Below, piece by piece: positions 27,229 through 40,778 of a DNA stretch of 64,000 nucleotides. Each line of letters begins with the position of its first letter. Position 1 is the stretch's first letter. The notes below the pieces were generated by a model. It saw only the letters and a program-made list of their open reading frames with translations. It was not told the DNA's origin and made no database searches. The DNA comes from Gnetum montanum (taxonomy: Eukaryota; Plantae; Gnetophyta): positions 1-64,000 of the forward strand of contig MNCI01000312.1 of NCBI GenBank assembly GCA_015680685.1, read 5' to 3'. The translations under genes were made by a program, and so were the position numbers.

Positions 27229-27961
27229 CCCACATTTTTTGCTAACCCTAAACCTATAAATACTTGTGCCCTCAAATTTTTTAGGGTTGGCAAATCTAAG
27301 GACCACCTGGGAGAAAACCAAAGGCATAGTGGTGAACCGATGAATAAGAGAAGTGGCAAACCATTAGTAGAACACTGAATCTAGCAGTACACCACAGTAG
27401 CTAACCCAGTAGACACAGATACCTCAATAGAACACTAGTCTTCATGGCCAGACACCCCAAGGACTATGACTACACTATCCACTTGTGCCTGCTATACATC
27501 ATGTACCTTCTAAATCCCCTTATGGTGTTAACTACGCTCAACCCCATTTTGGGTGGTATTCTTCTCCATTCTCTCTATTTCTTTGCATTTTTTGCACTTT
27601 ATTTGCATTTTTGCGATTTTTATTATGTAAACATGTTTGAACTATGCTTAGGTGATGGTCCTTGGGCATTGACACCATTTTCCTTACTAAAACTCTTAAT
27701 TGCGCTCGTCCCCTTAGGCACTTATAACTACACTCAACCCCATTGACACTGTAAACACTACTTGTATCCTTAGCACCACTTGCATTAGCATTGTAGCTAA
27801 CCACGCTGCACCCCCATTACATCTGGTAAGTTCCTATTCAATTGGCTAGACTATTTAGGGAACCCCATCTCTATCTCTAGGAGGCCCTAGTGTAGATTCG
27901 GGGTTAGGTTATGTGCCCATGGACCTCAGTGTTCTAGCCATCAACATTTTTAGTCATCACA
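27229..27961 (+). repeat. E0 5' LTR, right part
   Basis: It joins 14461 seamlessly when compared with the E3 LTRs. It contains TATAAATA (~27255) and is followed by a degenerate PBS, TAGCACTAAAAAGAGGG. Confidence 0.85.
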
Positions 27962-28445
27962 ATTTCTAGCACTAAAAAGAGGGCCTAAACCACGTTTTCG
28001 GCTAGCATAGACCATAAAACCCCTGTGGACCTGCTACACATGCAGTAGTAGCTGGATCGTACACCAGCATAGACATTGTCTACTAACTTGTTAGTGTAGA
28101 TTGGACCCCATAGTTGGTCCCCTAGGGACCCCGTGTAGCAACCCAAATCACACTCATTTCCATTGTTGCTAAGTTCCTATTCTCTTCAGTTGGAGTGTAG
28201 TAATCTCCAACCTAGTTAGTGTAGTCCACTCTCCAACATAGAGAGCATAGTTCGCTCTCAAGCATGGAGAGCATAGTTAGTGTAGTTTTGTCTTTGGCTT
28301 GGAGAGCATAGTTAGCGTAATTTATGCTTTGGCATAGAGAGTGTACTTAGTGGTGTTAGTTGGGACAGAGTCAATTTTAGTGTAGTCCATAGTATTTCTC
28401 AACTAGCAACCTTTGCAGTCCCCTTTTACAACTCGATCTGTGCCC

Positions 28446-29455
28446 ATGAACCCAGATCAACCTTCAATGTTAGTCTTGAACACACTTGATGTCTTGCCCA
28501 TCCAATAGGAGACCTGGATTGACACCCCTGGGTGTCTCGTGATGGCAAGACAAAGGTAACCCCTTAGGTTACATAGTTAAGACCCAGAATATGCCATGCT
28601 AAGCAACGAGCAATACAACTTCACATGTGCAAAGATTCAAGTAGGATTATCTATAGACTGCTTTGACATGAAGGTGAAATGGAACTACGGGTCGATTCAT
28701 TAGGATGGAAAAGAGTATATCCCCTCCTTGTTGATATCATCCCACTCATAGAGCCCGACCATTACCTATTAGCCTAGCTCATTCGAGCAAGTGAGCACAA
28801 TGTAGGGACGGATTAGAAGGGAGTCCTACAAGATGAAGAGGATGAGTTCAAAGCTTACTTAGAGCATGAGGGCTTTATCCATATTTTCTTTCAATGAGTG
28901 ATCCCTAGTCTAACCCCTCCTCTGTCTAGTTCACTCATTCTCTTCAAGATAGTCATAGTACCAACATCACCTTCCCACTCTACTAGGCCTAGATCAATGC
29001 TTGTAATAGTAGCACACTAGATGCAACACACACGTTATGATGTAATGACTCCCTTTGACTTGTCCTTTGTGGCATCATCACAACCCACTTAGCCATCTCT
29101 GCCTATAGCAACCACACCTGCTAAACCATATGTCTATGCAGGGCTTGTCTCTAGGCCTTGAATGACTTAGGCATCTTACATCTTGCTTGTTTCATTGGTG
29201 TCCCTGGCATTGGCCCAACCTACACATGGATTGCTTACCCCAATTACCATCCCTATAACATAGCCAATGCATCAAGTGCATTGCGTGGCTTTGCAACCTA
29301 CCATTAGGCCATGGTCTGTACAACTAGCATAGCTAGCTAGAGCATCTCAAAACTTAGACTAGGTGTTCCAAATGATCCAAAGTTTGACAAAAGAGGTGAA
29401 GCAACTTAGAGCTACCTTGTTTGAAGTTGTTAAAGTGGTGGACTTCTATGAAGAT
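28446..29455 (+). pseudogene. E0 gag N-terminal remnant
   Basis: EQYNFTCAKIQVGL and KEVKQLRATLFEVVKVVDFYED are homologous to E1 gag (DQYNFICIKIQAGL; DEVKRLKT...KVVDFYHDD). Confidence 0.75.
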
Positions 29456-31310
29456 TGTAGCAACTAAAAACATCGATGACTGGAACACCAAGATCCACGA
29501 ACATATAGCCTAACCCCAAATCTATGTGAGGGCTTATTGGAGGTGAGATAGGATGCCTTAAATGATTTAGTTGATTGAATAGGGACTTAATGGATGCCAT
29601 GGGGGTGTAGCATGGTTAGTTGTAGTGTTGATGCAAAATGATGCTAAGTGTTCAAGTAGTGTCAATGGTTTTAGTGGGATCGAGCGTAGTTAAGATTTTT
29701 GACAAAAATAAAGGTGTCTACATGTAGAGACCACTGCCCAAGAATAGTTTTAGGTGTAGCTATGTAGTGAAACAACAAAAAATGCAATTAAAATGCAAAA
29801 AATGCAAAGAGAGAGAGAGAGAGAGAAGCGGAACACCACCCCAAATGAGGTTGAGTGTAGTTAACACCAAAAAGGGGTTAGAAGGTACATGGTGTACAAT
29901 AGGCATAATGGATAGCATAGTCATAGTCTTAGGGGTGTTTTTCACAAAGATTGTCTTTCTATTGAGGTTTCTGCATTTGCCAAGTTGGTTGCTATGGTGT
30001 ACCATTGGTTGTGGTGTTTTGGTGGATTGCAGCGGGCTACAGTGGTCTACAACTTTGCCAATATGCCTTTGGTTCTCTCCCAAGAGCTCCTTAGGTTTGC
30101 CAAGACTTTGGATTACTAATTCATGAACTCTAAAATTTGCCAACCTAGATTTCTGCCAACCCTAAAAACATTGAGGACAAGGGTATTTATAGGCCTAGGG
30201 TTAGTGCAAAATGTAGGATGGTCACCACATGGCAGAGGGGATGGTTGGGACTACACTATCACCTAACTACACTCTCCATTGGGCTGGTGGTGTTGTACTT
30301 TGCTAAGCTCTACCGGACTCTATGAGACTGTAACTATGCTGCAAATTGCATGTGTGTGCTAAGAAGATCGTAAGGTACTTGAAAAAATGCAATTTTGGAT
30401 ACTATGCTTTGGGGCTATGCTCTTTATGCTCTTGTGTGGGGTTGAGCATAGTTAAAATTTTGGGGCAAAAAAGGGGATACAAAAGGATGCATTTTGCTAA
30501 CTATCCTTGATGAAGGTGAGTTAGAGCTAAGCTGAGTGATGTTGCTGTGCTATGGAGGCTATTATTACTAACTATGCTTGACTACGCTTTGGACTGGGGG
30601 AGAGCATAGTCTCACACTTAGGAAAAATTTGTGAAACATGGCCTTCATGCTGACTACACTCTCTATTGGAGGTTGACTATGCTTTGGGTCAGTGAAGAGC
30701 ATAGGCTTGATACTTAGAAGAATATGCAAAAATTACCTTCCATGTTGACTATGCTCTCCATGAGAGGTTGACTACGCTCTCAATTGGTAAGGAGCATATT
30801 CTTAGTACTTTTCAAAACTTGTGGAAACTAGCTTTCAATTGACTACACTCTCCATGAGAGGTTGACTACACTTTGGCATAATGAAGAGTGTAGTTTCAAC
30901 ACTTAGAAAAATTTGTAGTGACTAGCCTTGTGTTGAAACTTAGAAAAATTACAAAACTAGCCTTCATGTTGACTAGGCTCTCCACGAGAGGTTGACTACG
31001 CTCTAAGGCAGTGGAGAGCATAATCCTAGTAGTTAGAAAAATTTACAATGATTGGCTTTGTGTTGACACTTAGAAAAAATTGTAAAACTAGGCTTTGTGT
31101 TGACTACACTCTCTATGAAAGGCTGATTACACTCTCCACTAGGGATGAGTGTAGTCTTAACACTTCGAAAAAATTTGCAAACACTAGCTTTCATGCTGAC
31201 TATGCTCTTTATGAGAGGTCGACTACAGTCCCTACTAGGGTTGAGCATAGTCTCAACAGTTAGCCAAAATTGTAGTCAGGATGTCATAGTTCGAATTTGG
31301 TGGTGTTTCA
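29456..31310 (-). repeat. E3 3' LTR
   Basis: A diverged direct repeat of 62015-63826, preceded on the minus strand by the purine tract AACAAAGAAGGACCAA. Confidence 0.88.
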
Positions 31311-32509
31311 TTGGTCCTTCTTTGTTGAAATATGGAGAAGTGGCTCGAGAGATGTCAACAAACAATAAAAAAACACCACAACAGACTTGGCACCAACATC
31401 GCTCTTCAGTGAGCGATCATATGTTGTTGCATTGTGCTTAAGAGTGTTGTGGATAGTGGTATGCTAACTGGCCAGTAAGAAGTGGGAGTAAAAGGTGTAG
31501 GTGATGTGCTAGGGATAAAAGGAGATATGAGGTATAAACAAGATGTTATAATGCAAGGACATCAAGGTTGATGGTGACCATGGCACCAGAGTGGCTTACC
31601 CTTGAAAATGTTGGTCTCTCGTTGGAGTGCTTGTGAGAGAGTAAAGGTGTATGTTCAAGGCTAAGTTGGCTACAAAATTGCTTTGCTACTGGATTTCTTA
31701 ATGACGTGCTTCACCCCCCCTTTTTGTGGGGTGAACCTTCTTTTGGCTCTACACTTTGTTAAATACTTGTTGGGAAGTGAAATGCTTTTCATCAAGTGAG
31801 TTGTGTATCACTAGATGGGCTTTGCTTCATCATTGACAAAACTACATGGTATTTGTACAATAGGTGTTTCCTCCCTAGGATGACTTATGTTTCATCTGTC
31901 TAAGCTTTGACTAGCTGATAGAGGCTTCCCATGGGATGACTTATGTTATGTTTACCTTGGGAAGCTAACATTTGATGTGAGATGTGAAGAGGGTGCCATG
32001 TAGTCATAGCACGTGAGCATCAAAAGGGTTTGTTAGCTTTTCCATGTAGAGAATATAAGGGTATCTAGATATAGGAGTAGGTGTGAGTAGGCTATAATAA
32101 GATGAGGGGGATGTGCACTCTTGAGAGGCTTAGCTAGTCTCATCATGCACATTGGAGTGATGTGGTGACTTGCTGTTGTAATGAGAGGTGCCTTTGCATG
32201 ATGACCTAGAGCTTCATCTTATAAGCACAACTCTAAGAAGACAAGAAAACCATAGAAGATAAAAAATTTCATGAAAGACTATAGGGTGCGAAGATGTTGC
32301 AAGTGCTCCAAATGCTATCCACATGGCAAGTGCTAAAAAAGCCAACAAAATTGTAGGGGATGAAGATGTTGTAAGTGCTCCAAAGAATATCCCCATTACA
32401 AGTGCTTCATTCTAGGAATATAGCATACTCGCCCACGTGGTATAGAAGGGGGACAAGGATTATGCTCACTCACTCACTTGCAGGAGGATGAAAGGAATTA
32501 TTAGTGGTT

Positions 32510-33150
32510 GACCATGAACCCAATTTAAGGTCTTAGTAGACTGCAACCTTACTAGTTTAAGGTCCTAGTAGATCATGCTATGCAAGTTTATAGTCTTAAT
32601 GGACTACATTGTGCTAATTTAACATTGTGACCCAAGGACAAGCTATGCTAGATTAGCATCATAGCCGACAAATGCTATGCCAATTTAACATTGTAGGGGA
32701 TGAGCTGTGCTAGTATAACATTGTAACAGATGAAATGTGCCAGTTTAACATCATAGTGGATGAATACTATGCTAGTTTAGCATCATAGTAGACGAATGCT
32801 ATGTCAGTTTAGCATCATAGTGGATGAATGTTGTGCTAGTTTAGCATCATAGCAAATGAGTGTTGTGCCAGTTTAGCATCACAGTAGGTGAATTGTGCCA
32901 GTTTAACATTGTAGTGGATGAATGCTTTGCTAGTTTAATGTTGTAGTGGACAAATTTTATGTGTGTATGCCAGTTTAACATTGTAATGGACGAATGCTTT
33001 GCCAGTTTAACGTCATAGCAGATGAATGCTTTGCCAGTTTAATGTCATAGTAAATAAGCTGTGCTAGTTTAACATCATAGTAGATGAATGCTTTGCCAGT
33101 TTAATGTCATAGTGGATGAATGCTTTGCTAGTTTAATGTCATAGTAGAAA
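32510..33150 (-). repeat. E3 3' tandem array (~33-34-bp units, ATGATGYTAAACTRG core on the minus strand)
   Basis: Roughly 18 units of the type GATGAATGCTTTGCCAGTTTAACATCATAGT on the + strand. Confidence 0.9.
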
Positions 33151-33159
33151 AATTTTGTG

Positions 33160-33397
33160 TGTTGCCACAGGGATCTTGATAAGGGGATCTTTCATGATGT
33201 CCCTTGACTCTAGATCGAGAGCCTTAAACTAGATGGTTAGGCTAGTCTAGTGGTGCTTTTATGGATGCTATGTACTCATTGTAGGCTATAGGCTTGAGGT
33301 CTAAGCAATGAAGGTCAATGCATCACTAAATGTCACCATGAGGTCCTGTGAGGACTAAAGGTGAGAAGATTTTCTCCTGCATAGCCATGTCGTGTTC
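33160..33397 (-). pseudogene. E3 pol N-terminal stub; the rest of pol is deleted
   Basis: Minus-strand SPLVLTGPHGDI..CIDL and KALDLESRDIMKDPLIKIPV match the E2 pol start (APLIIGGPCGKIARDIDI; KPLHIEAEKITEDPLTETPI). The stub abuts the 3' array directly. Confidence 0.7.
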
Positions 33398-33984
33398 CTA
33401 CAAAAATAAACCAAAAGAATTTCAAGTGGCACCTATTTTAATGAAGTTAGGGTTCACTACACCTCACCCAACTACACTCTCCACTGGGCATTTGGTGTAG
33501 AGCATAGTTTCAGGTTGGTGGATCATTAAATGACCTCAGGAGGGTATATAGATGGTGTTTTACCATGGTAACTTGTCATTTTTTCCATTTCATCATGATG
33601 TTGGAAGTGTAGTCTTGTTGCTACTTCTGCCATCACTGTCAATGGAGAGTGTAGTTAGAAAAAATATGACACACTGGAGTGGACATCTTCACCCAAGGTT
33701 GGTGAACATTACAGAGGGAGAGAAAGTGTTAAGCCTTCTACTGTAGGTGTGTGGAGGAGAGGAGGCTGTTGGTGTCAACTAGGTACATTGACTATGCTCT
33801 TCCCATTTTTCTATTTTGTATTTGTTCTTATGATTTTTGGAAGGCTTGAGAGTGTAGTCCCATGGTGTTGCCTTGTGTGCCCTACTACGATAGTGGCCGC
33901 CACAGTTGCATGCCATTTGGGATGTGGTGTGATGATTGGGAGGAGTTGGTGGTAGGGAGTTACTATGTGGGAGGGTTTTGCTAG

Positions 33985-35258
33985 TGAAACACCACAAAAT
34001 TTTGAGCTTAGTACTGTTCCAACAAGAATCGAGCCAAGTCATAATGTTCCCTAGCATGACTAAAGCTTGAGGGCCTCACAGACAACTTCCAGCAGAGTCG
34101 AACTCAACGAGGAGCAGTTCCTTGAGACCCGTCGATGGCCACGACAACATTTGCTATCAAACATGGCAACTTCGGAGCTCAAAGTACTTAGTTTACACTA
34201 AGTATGCATTCTCAACGTATACGCCCGATATTCACAGCGTATATGCCCAGTGTATACGCCCCAGATTGCATCCCCAGCGTAGACACCCAACGTATACGCC
34301 CAGTGTAGACGTTCAGCGTACACGCCTAGCGTACATGCCTCACAGGTACAGTCAACAGGTACGACTGATGTATACGCCCGACATGCAATCCCCAAAGACG
34401 GCATGGAAACGACATTGCAGAGCAAGACTTGGTACGAGGCATCGACTCATAGGAGAAGAGCAACCATCAGCGTATATGCCCAGCGTATATGCTCAACATC
34501 CACAGCATATACGCCCGGCACGCCCAGAGCCTACGCCCACCAGATACAGCGTATACGCCCAGTAGAGGCAGCATGTTGTACACTTGTAAATTTTGTTCTT
34601 TTGCACCCAGTCAACGTGCCACGTGTCGCCCAACCCGAGTCAAACATCTAAACCTGTATAAAAACCCCAATTTTTCATTAGATAGGGGGGGGGGGGCAAT
34701 TTTGAGCAAATCAGAGAGAAAAACAGAGACGCTAAGAACGAGAGTAGAGAACCTTGTACGCTGGACCTCAACCCTATACTCTAAGCATACAACCTCCACA
34801 CTGTGCCTGCAGTTTGAACCAGCACATAGTCATCCCTACATCCACCGGGGCTATTCATTCACCTTATGTGAAAGCCACAATTGCGTTATACTGGTGCATT
34901 GTAATTCTCACCTTGCAATAATATTGCTGCATTTTCTTCCTAAAATCTATTACAGTTTTCCATTTATCATTGCATGTTTGCTGTTTACGCTCTGGTATGT
35001 TTACGCTCCGTTTACATCAGTTACGCCGTTTACGGCTTGTTTTACATCAGTTACGTTGTTTACATATAACCCAACATATAGCACTTTGGTGTACGTTCGG
35101 GGAAATCCTTGCCTGATCCGTGTGCGGACCGCTCAAGGTACTCTACCTTAATTAATTCCAGCTTGCCCTTAAGCGAAGGTAGGATCTTCTGTGCGTGTCT
35201 GGTGATCCCCCGATTCTTGTTTCCTTCCAGCCAGAGACTGATGATTTAGGATGGTACA
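33985..35258 (+). repeat. E2 5' LTR
   Basis: TGAAACACCAC...GGTACA, followed by the PBS. Confidence 0.95.
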
Positions 35259-35961
35259 GAAATTGGCGCTAGAAGGAGGGCCTGACTACTTAAAACTTAC
35301 TGTGCTTCAGAACTCTCAGTGTCTACGCTATTGAGTATACGTCATCCTTGTCCACAGAACTCCTAGTGTCTACGCTGTTGACTATAAGTTGACCCTATTT
35401 GCAAAATCCCTAGCGTCTACGCTGCCAAATATACATCGCACACACGCCACGCTGTAGACTTTGTCTACGCTGAACACAGAACTCTATTTACACTGCTGAC
35501 ATATATGCTACACACTCTATGCCATAGACTCGTTTACGCTACTGACATATACGCAGCACACTCTACGCCGTAGACTCGTCTACGCTGCTGTTTACTTTAC
35601 GCTGCACACTCTACGCCATAGACTCATCTACGCTACTGCTAAGTTTACGCTGCACTCTCTATGCTGTAGGCTCTGTCTATGTTGTACGCTGACTCTGTCT
35701 ACGTCGTTCAGTACACGCTACACGCTCTACGCCATAGATTCCGTCTGCGCTGCTTAGCATATACGTTGTACGCTCTACGCTGTAGATTCTCTACGCTGCC
35801 ACTATATGTTGTATACCTATACACTGTCATTGTACGCTGGTCATTGAAGCCTATACGCTAAGACCCAGTTTATATGCTGTACGCCACGAATGTAGGTTTA
35901 TGCCGTACTAGGTATACCAGTTGCATATCCCTTCACTGTGTTGTATTCTCAACCGTTCATC

Positions 35962-38900
35962 ATGAACACCGCAAACTCCACCGCTACAACCACATCGGTC
36001 ACGGACCGTGTAGCCAGCATGGTCGTTCAACATCCCGTGGTACAAGCCATAGTGGGGCGCTACCGGTCTCTTAGATTGCAAGGGAGAAGCCCATCGTCTA
36101 ACATCATAACTCAAGACCAGTACAGTTTTATATGCGTGAAAATACAAGTCGGCCTAGCTATGGACCGAGCCGAAATGGAAGTTAAGAGGCAATACAAACT
36201 TTTCTGTAGGGGAGGACAAGAGTTCATTCCTTCCTCATACGATATCATCCCCCTTCCAGAGCCTTACTCTAAGCTCATCACACAACTCCTCCTGCAAAGG
36301 AGCCAGTCTCTAGATCAGCCTGTAGTAAATCCTCAACTGGAAGAGGAGGATGACTTCGCAGCCCAATCTAAGCATGAAGATTCGTATCATACTCTTAGTC
36401 CACAAACCTATGTCAACTCGTTGTTTCATCTAGCCATAGGGGAAATTACATCCCTTCAACCATTTAGATTCACCCAAACACAAATACCTTAACCAGAATC
36501 ATTCGCAGTTGTTCATATTCCTCCTGCAATCGACCCGCAACTCAATACACTCCCTCTTGCTATTCTCCCTGTGGCAACTGTAGCCCCATCCTCGCAAGTA
36601 CAACCCCCCCCAAAATAATGTAGGAGAAACCTTCCTACCTCGAGTGATCGAGATGCCACATGTGATACCGGCATCTACGTCCACTCATTATATCCCCCGG
36701 ATCCAAACTCACGGAGCCCCTTTCACCGCTGTAGCCCAACAAGTCCAGGGGGTTCCTACACAAAACATGATCAGGCAATGGGCAGCAATTGGTGCTCAAT
36801 CACATCAACCCCCTCACTATAAAATACCACTTCACACAATTCCATTGGCCAACATCCCTCAAGGACAACCACAAAAACAACAACCCCTTACTTATAATGT
36901 GCCACCCCTAGTACCAACCGCTATAAATATCCCGCAAGTATAGCCCCCAACTACACAACTTTCCGCCCCCAACTACACAACTTTCCGCCTTCGAACCCAC
37001 TGCCCAACAATCTAACATGTATACCGTACAACATCCCAAAGCTGCTATCTCACCTAGCGCCCAGGATTAGGCTGATGCCAAAAAATTAATGAAGGAGCTA
37101 ACTGATGAGGTCAAACGCCTCAAAACCAACCCCGACAGAGAACTGAAGGTAGTAGACTTCTATCACGATGACCCTATCAGCTCTTCGGTTCTACCCCTAA
37201 CATTACCCAAGGGTGTATCTTTGCCTACGCTGACCAAATACACAGGGGAAATAGACCCCAACGCTCACCTCATAACATTTAAATTAGAGTGTGCACTACT
37301 TCAGGCATGGCCACATGCCATTCTACGAGTGTTCCCCATGTCTCTCGCTGGGAGAGCACTTGATTGGTATCGGGCCTTGCCACGTAACTCGATATCTTCT
37401 TTGGAAGATTTGTTGCACCAATTTGTCACCATGTTCAAGTATAACTTGAAACCCGAAGCAACGCTAGATAGCCTCATACAGGTCAAGCAAGCACCCCTTG
37501 AACCTGTCCAGAAATTCATCCAGCGATGGAGTGCTGCTCTTAATGAGCTCCATGAGCCAATCCCAGAGACGTATCTCCTTACCATTCTAAAAGGGGCTGT
37601 CAACAATTTTGTGAAATCCAAGCTATACTATCTCAATGCGTGCACTCTGAGTCAAGCATTTGTACAAATTAAGAATATAGAGGAGGTAGCACAAAACAAC
37701 CATGATCCCACATATTTAGCATTTAAGAATTAACACAGTAAAAAAGACAAAGAAAAAGTTAAAATAATGATAGCAGCAGTATCAGAAACACAACAAGCAA
37801 ATATGGGACAACAAAGAAAACTGCCTATGGCCCCTACTAATTACACCTAACCTACTGCTGCGACCGCACCAAAATCATCCTCATCGCAGAACCCAACACT
37901 GAACCGTACGAGAAACTTCGAGAGGAAAGAACCCTCTCAATACACACCACTACCCATGAAACCATCGCAGTTGTTCGACCAACTCCTGAAGGCTGGATTA
38001 ATGAAACACAAATAGTTGTCCCCTGCAGCCATCCAAAGGCATGATCGGTTCTGTCAACTAGTTTAGAACCCAAGCCTAGCGATGCCAAATGAGCCCCTAG
38101 TACTAAAAGGCTTTATAATGGACCGCTTCTGCGATTATCACCAACGTAATGGACATGGCATGGATTACTGTTTCACCCTAAAGCAAGACATCCAACGAAT
38201 GATCGATGGAGGTCAAATCACTTTTGATGAGGCCAACCTGGTCCAACCACAAAACCAGGCCATGGGTGTGTACAAAGACCCTCTAAATACTAAAGAGGCA
38301 CCATACGTCATTAACACGATCTACCTTGATAATGAACCTGAAACACCTAGCATTAACACCGTCTACTCCAACCATGACCAGAAAATGCCTAACAAACCAT
38401 TTGTAGTGCGCATTCCTCCCACTATACAAACATCATTACCTCAGTCATCATATTCACCGTAGAAGCCTTATGTTGTCCGAGTACCCCCCGCCGTAGCAGC
38501 TTCTAACACCCCGACACGCAAAAAACCATACGTGGTGCGCGTACATCCAACGGTACTACCGTAAACATACCAACACCTTCTATTTGGCCTGCCCCCTACG
38601 TAGTCCGAGTACCACCAGCCGTCACAATAGCGGAGGTACAACCTCTAGCTAGGCCAACTCCCTACGTCGTTAGGACACCCGAACGTCCTAGTGATCACCA
38701 ATCCTCTATTTTGCAAACACACAATAAACCCAGCCCTTATGTCATCAAGGTGCCCAGCCGGCCTGGCACTCAACCGCATACAACCGTCCAACCACAACCT
38801 CGCCTGACTCCATACGTAGTACGAATCCCAAGGTAACCTGAGGTCCCAAAAAAAATCGCACCCTTGCGCCACACACGAGAACGCTTAGTGGACAAGCTTA

Positions 38901-40181
38901 CACGCGAACGCTTGGAGAAGGAGCGCCAACGACTAGCCTTAGGCCCTCCCAAACCTACCCCACTAAATGTAGTACCCATGACATCACCTAACAATAAACT
39001 GAATAGAGGCCATGAGGGTGAATCATCCATAAAACATGATACGTCTAAATCAACGATTTCGGGAAAAAATGATAAACTAATGATGCACGAAATAAAACTG
39101 TTGGGCCCAATGGACCAAGTCACTGCCGACAAACATACGTCCAACAGTAGAGACCTAGCAACAACCCTAACACAAGTCACGCAAGCACTCAAGCAAAAAA
39201 ATACTTCATTAAGTTTATATGACCTAGTGCTGACATCTCAAACCCATCGCGAAGCTTTAGTGCACATGTTAACATCTATCCCGGTAAGCGAGGACTTGCC
39301 TCCAAATGAACCTTTTTCATGCGATAATGTACTCCCCTTAGGGGTCAGCTTCCAAGCCATTAAGTTTTCATGATGACAACATCAAAGTGGATCAAAAAAT
39401 GGGAGAGGTAACAACAGCCCCTATGTTCATAACAATACGAATAAACCAATTCAAGATACATAGGGTCCATGTAGATGATGGAGTTGCCACAAACATAGTA
39501 CTATATCCCATCGTCGAACAACTAGGGCTTACAGAGCTAATCAGACCAACCGCCACCACATGCTTGAAATCATTTAGCGGGTTGCGCGTGATAGTCAAAG
39601 GCACCATGACTTTAGACTTCATAGCAGGGGATCAATTCCCCACATCTGTCGACTTTGTGGTAATCGATGAAATGCCAGGGTTCAAACTAATACTAGGAAG
39701 GCCCTGGCTAGCCCACCTGAAAGCAGTCTCATCCCCGATACACCAAGAAATTCACCTGCCTTATGAAGGTGGCGAAATCATCATACATGGGGAGGCTGTT
39801 ACACCCATCATCTCCTCGTACATAGACACAGACCAAGGCTCAGAGGTTAAGCTTGAAGAGCCTAGACAACACGACATAAAGGAACAACAACTAGTAGGCG
39901 ATAATCCTTTAAACACAGAAGAAAACCCACCTAAAATAGAAATACCTGAGCCTGACATTGTACATACGCAGTCTCACTTAGAAACCACAACTGACACAGA
40001 AACTATAATACATGCAGAAGCGCAAGAAAACACTAACGCAAGAAAAATTCCATCAGACGTCCCTTGGGCTGAATTACCATTCAACGTGATCAGCGAAGGG
40101 GACGCTGAATACAGAATCATACCCACTAACGCATCGCCTAATGTCAAAATGAGAAAAATCAAAAAATTACTAAACCAATAA
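35962..40181 (+). pseudogene. E2 gag-protease (stops and frameshifts)
   Basis: Collinear with E1 gag-PR: KYTGEIDPNAHL, FCDYHQRNGHGMDYC, VHVDDGVATNI and LILGRPWL. Confidence 0.9.
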
Positions 40182-40184
40182 ACT

Positions 40185-40420
40185 ACAAACTGTCCGAAAT
40201 GACGTTAAACTACAACAAGTCCAAAAAGACACTAAACTACATTCCAAGTCCGGAACGACGTTAAACTATCATGTCCGCAACAACATAAAACTAGCCATGA
40301 TCAGAAATGGTCGGTCAACCAAGAAATCCACCCATGTCATTCGAAATGTCCCTTGCTTACGCTGGGGCCTGAAATGGCCTTAAACTACGCATATGGCCCC
40401 AAATAATGGCCTTAAACTAG
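40185..40420 (+). repeat. E2 TAAACT-core repeats, left flank of the cassette
   Basis: GTCCGAAATGACGTTAAACTA and ATGGCCTTAAACTA units. Confidence 0.8.
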
Positions 40421-40778
40421 ATCATCCACTTATACTTTGTCTTTCTCCCAAATTCTGGCTCACTATTCAAATTTACGCTTGCATTGTCATGTTGTCAATA
40501 ACAATTTTCGCAATTATCTTTCGTTTATCATAACACTCCTACTCATAAGTACATTCGTGCACTACACTTAAACCACAAAAACAAACCAAAACATTTTGCA
40601 TTGCCATGTCGTGTTTACAATTAAACTCAAAATCAACAAAAAGTTTTTTTATACATATACATGTAATGATGTACAATTACAAGAGTTAACTGATTTTATT
40701 CATCTGTTCAATATAACTTGAAATTTTCAATTTACAATCCCCGTATAAATTTGAGTCAGCATAATTTTACAACAAAAG

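Noticed and set aside
32510-33150. Repeat-spacer-like arrays as CRISPR
   Set aside because: The context is a eukaryotic retrotransposon. Units are degenerate tandem copies without unique spacers, and there are no cas genes.
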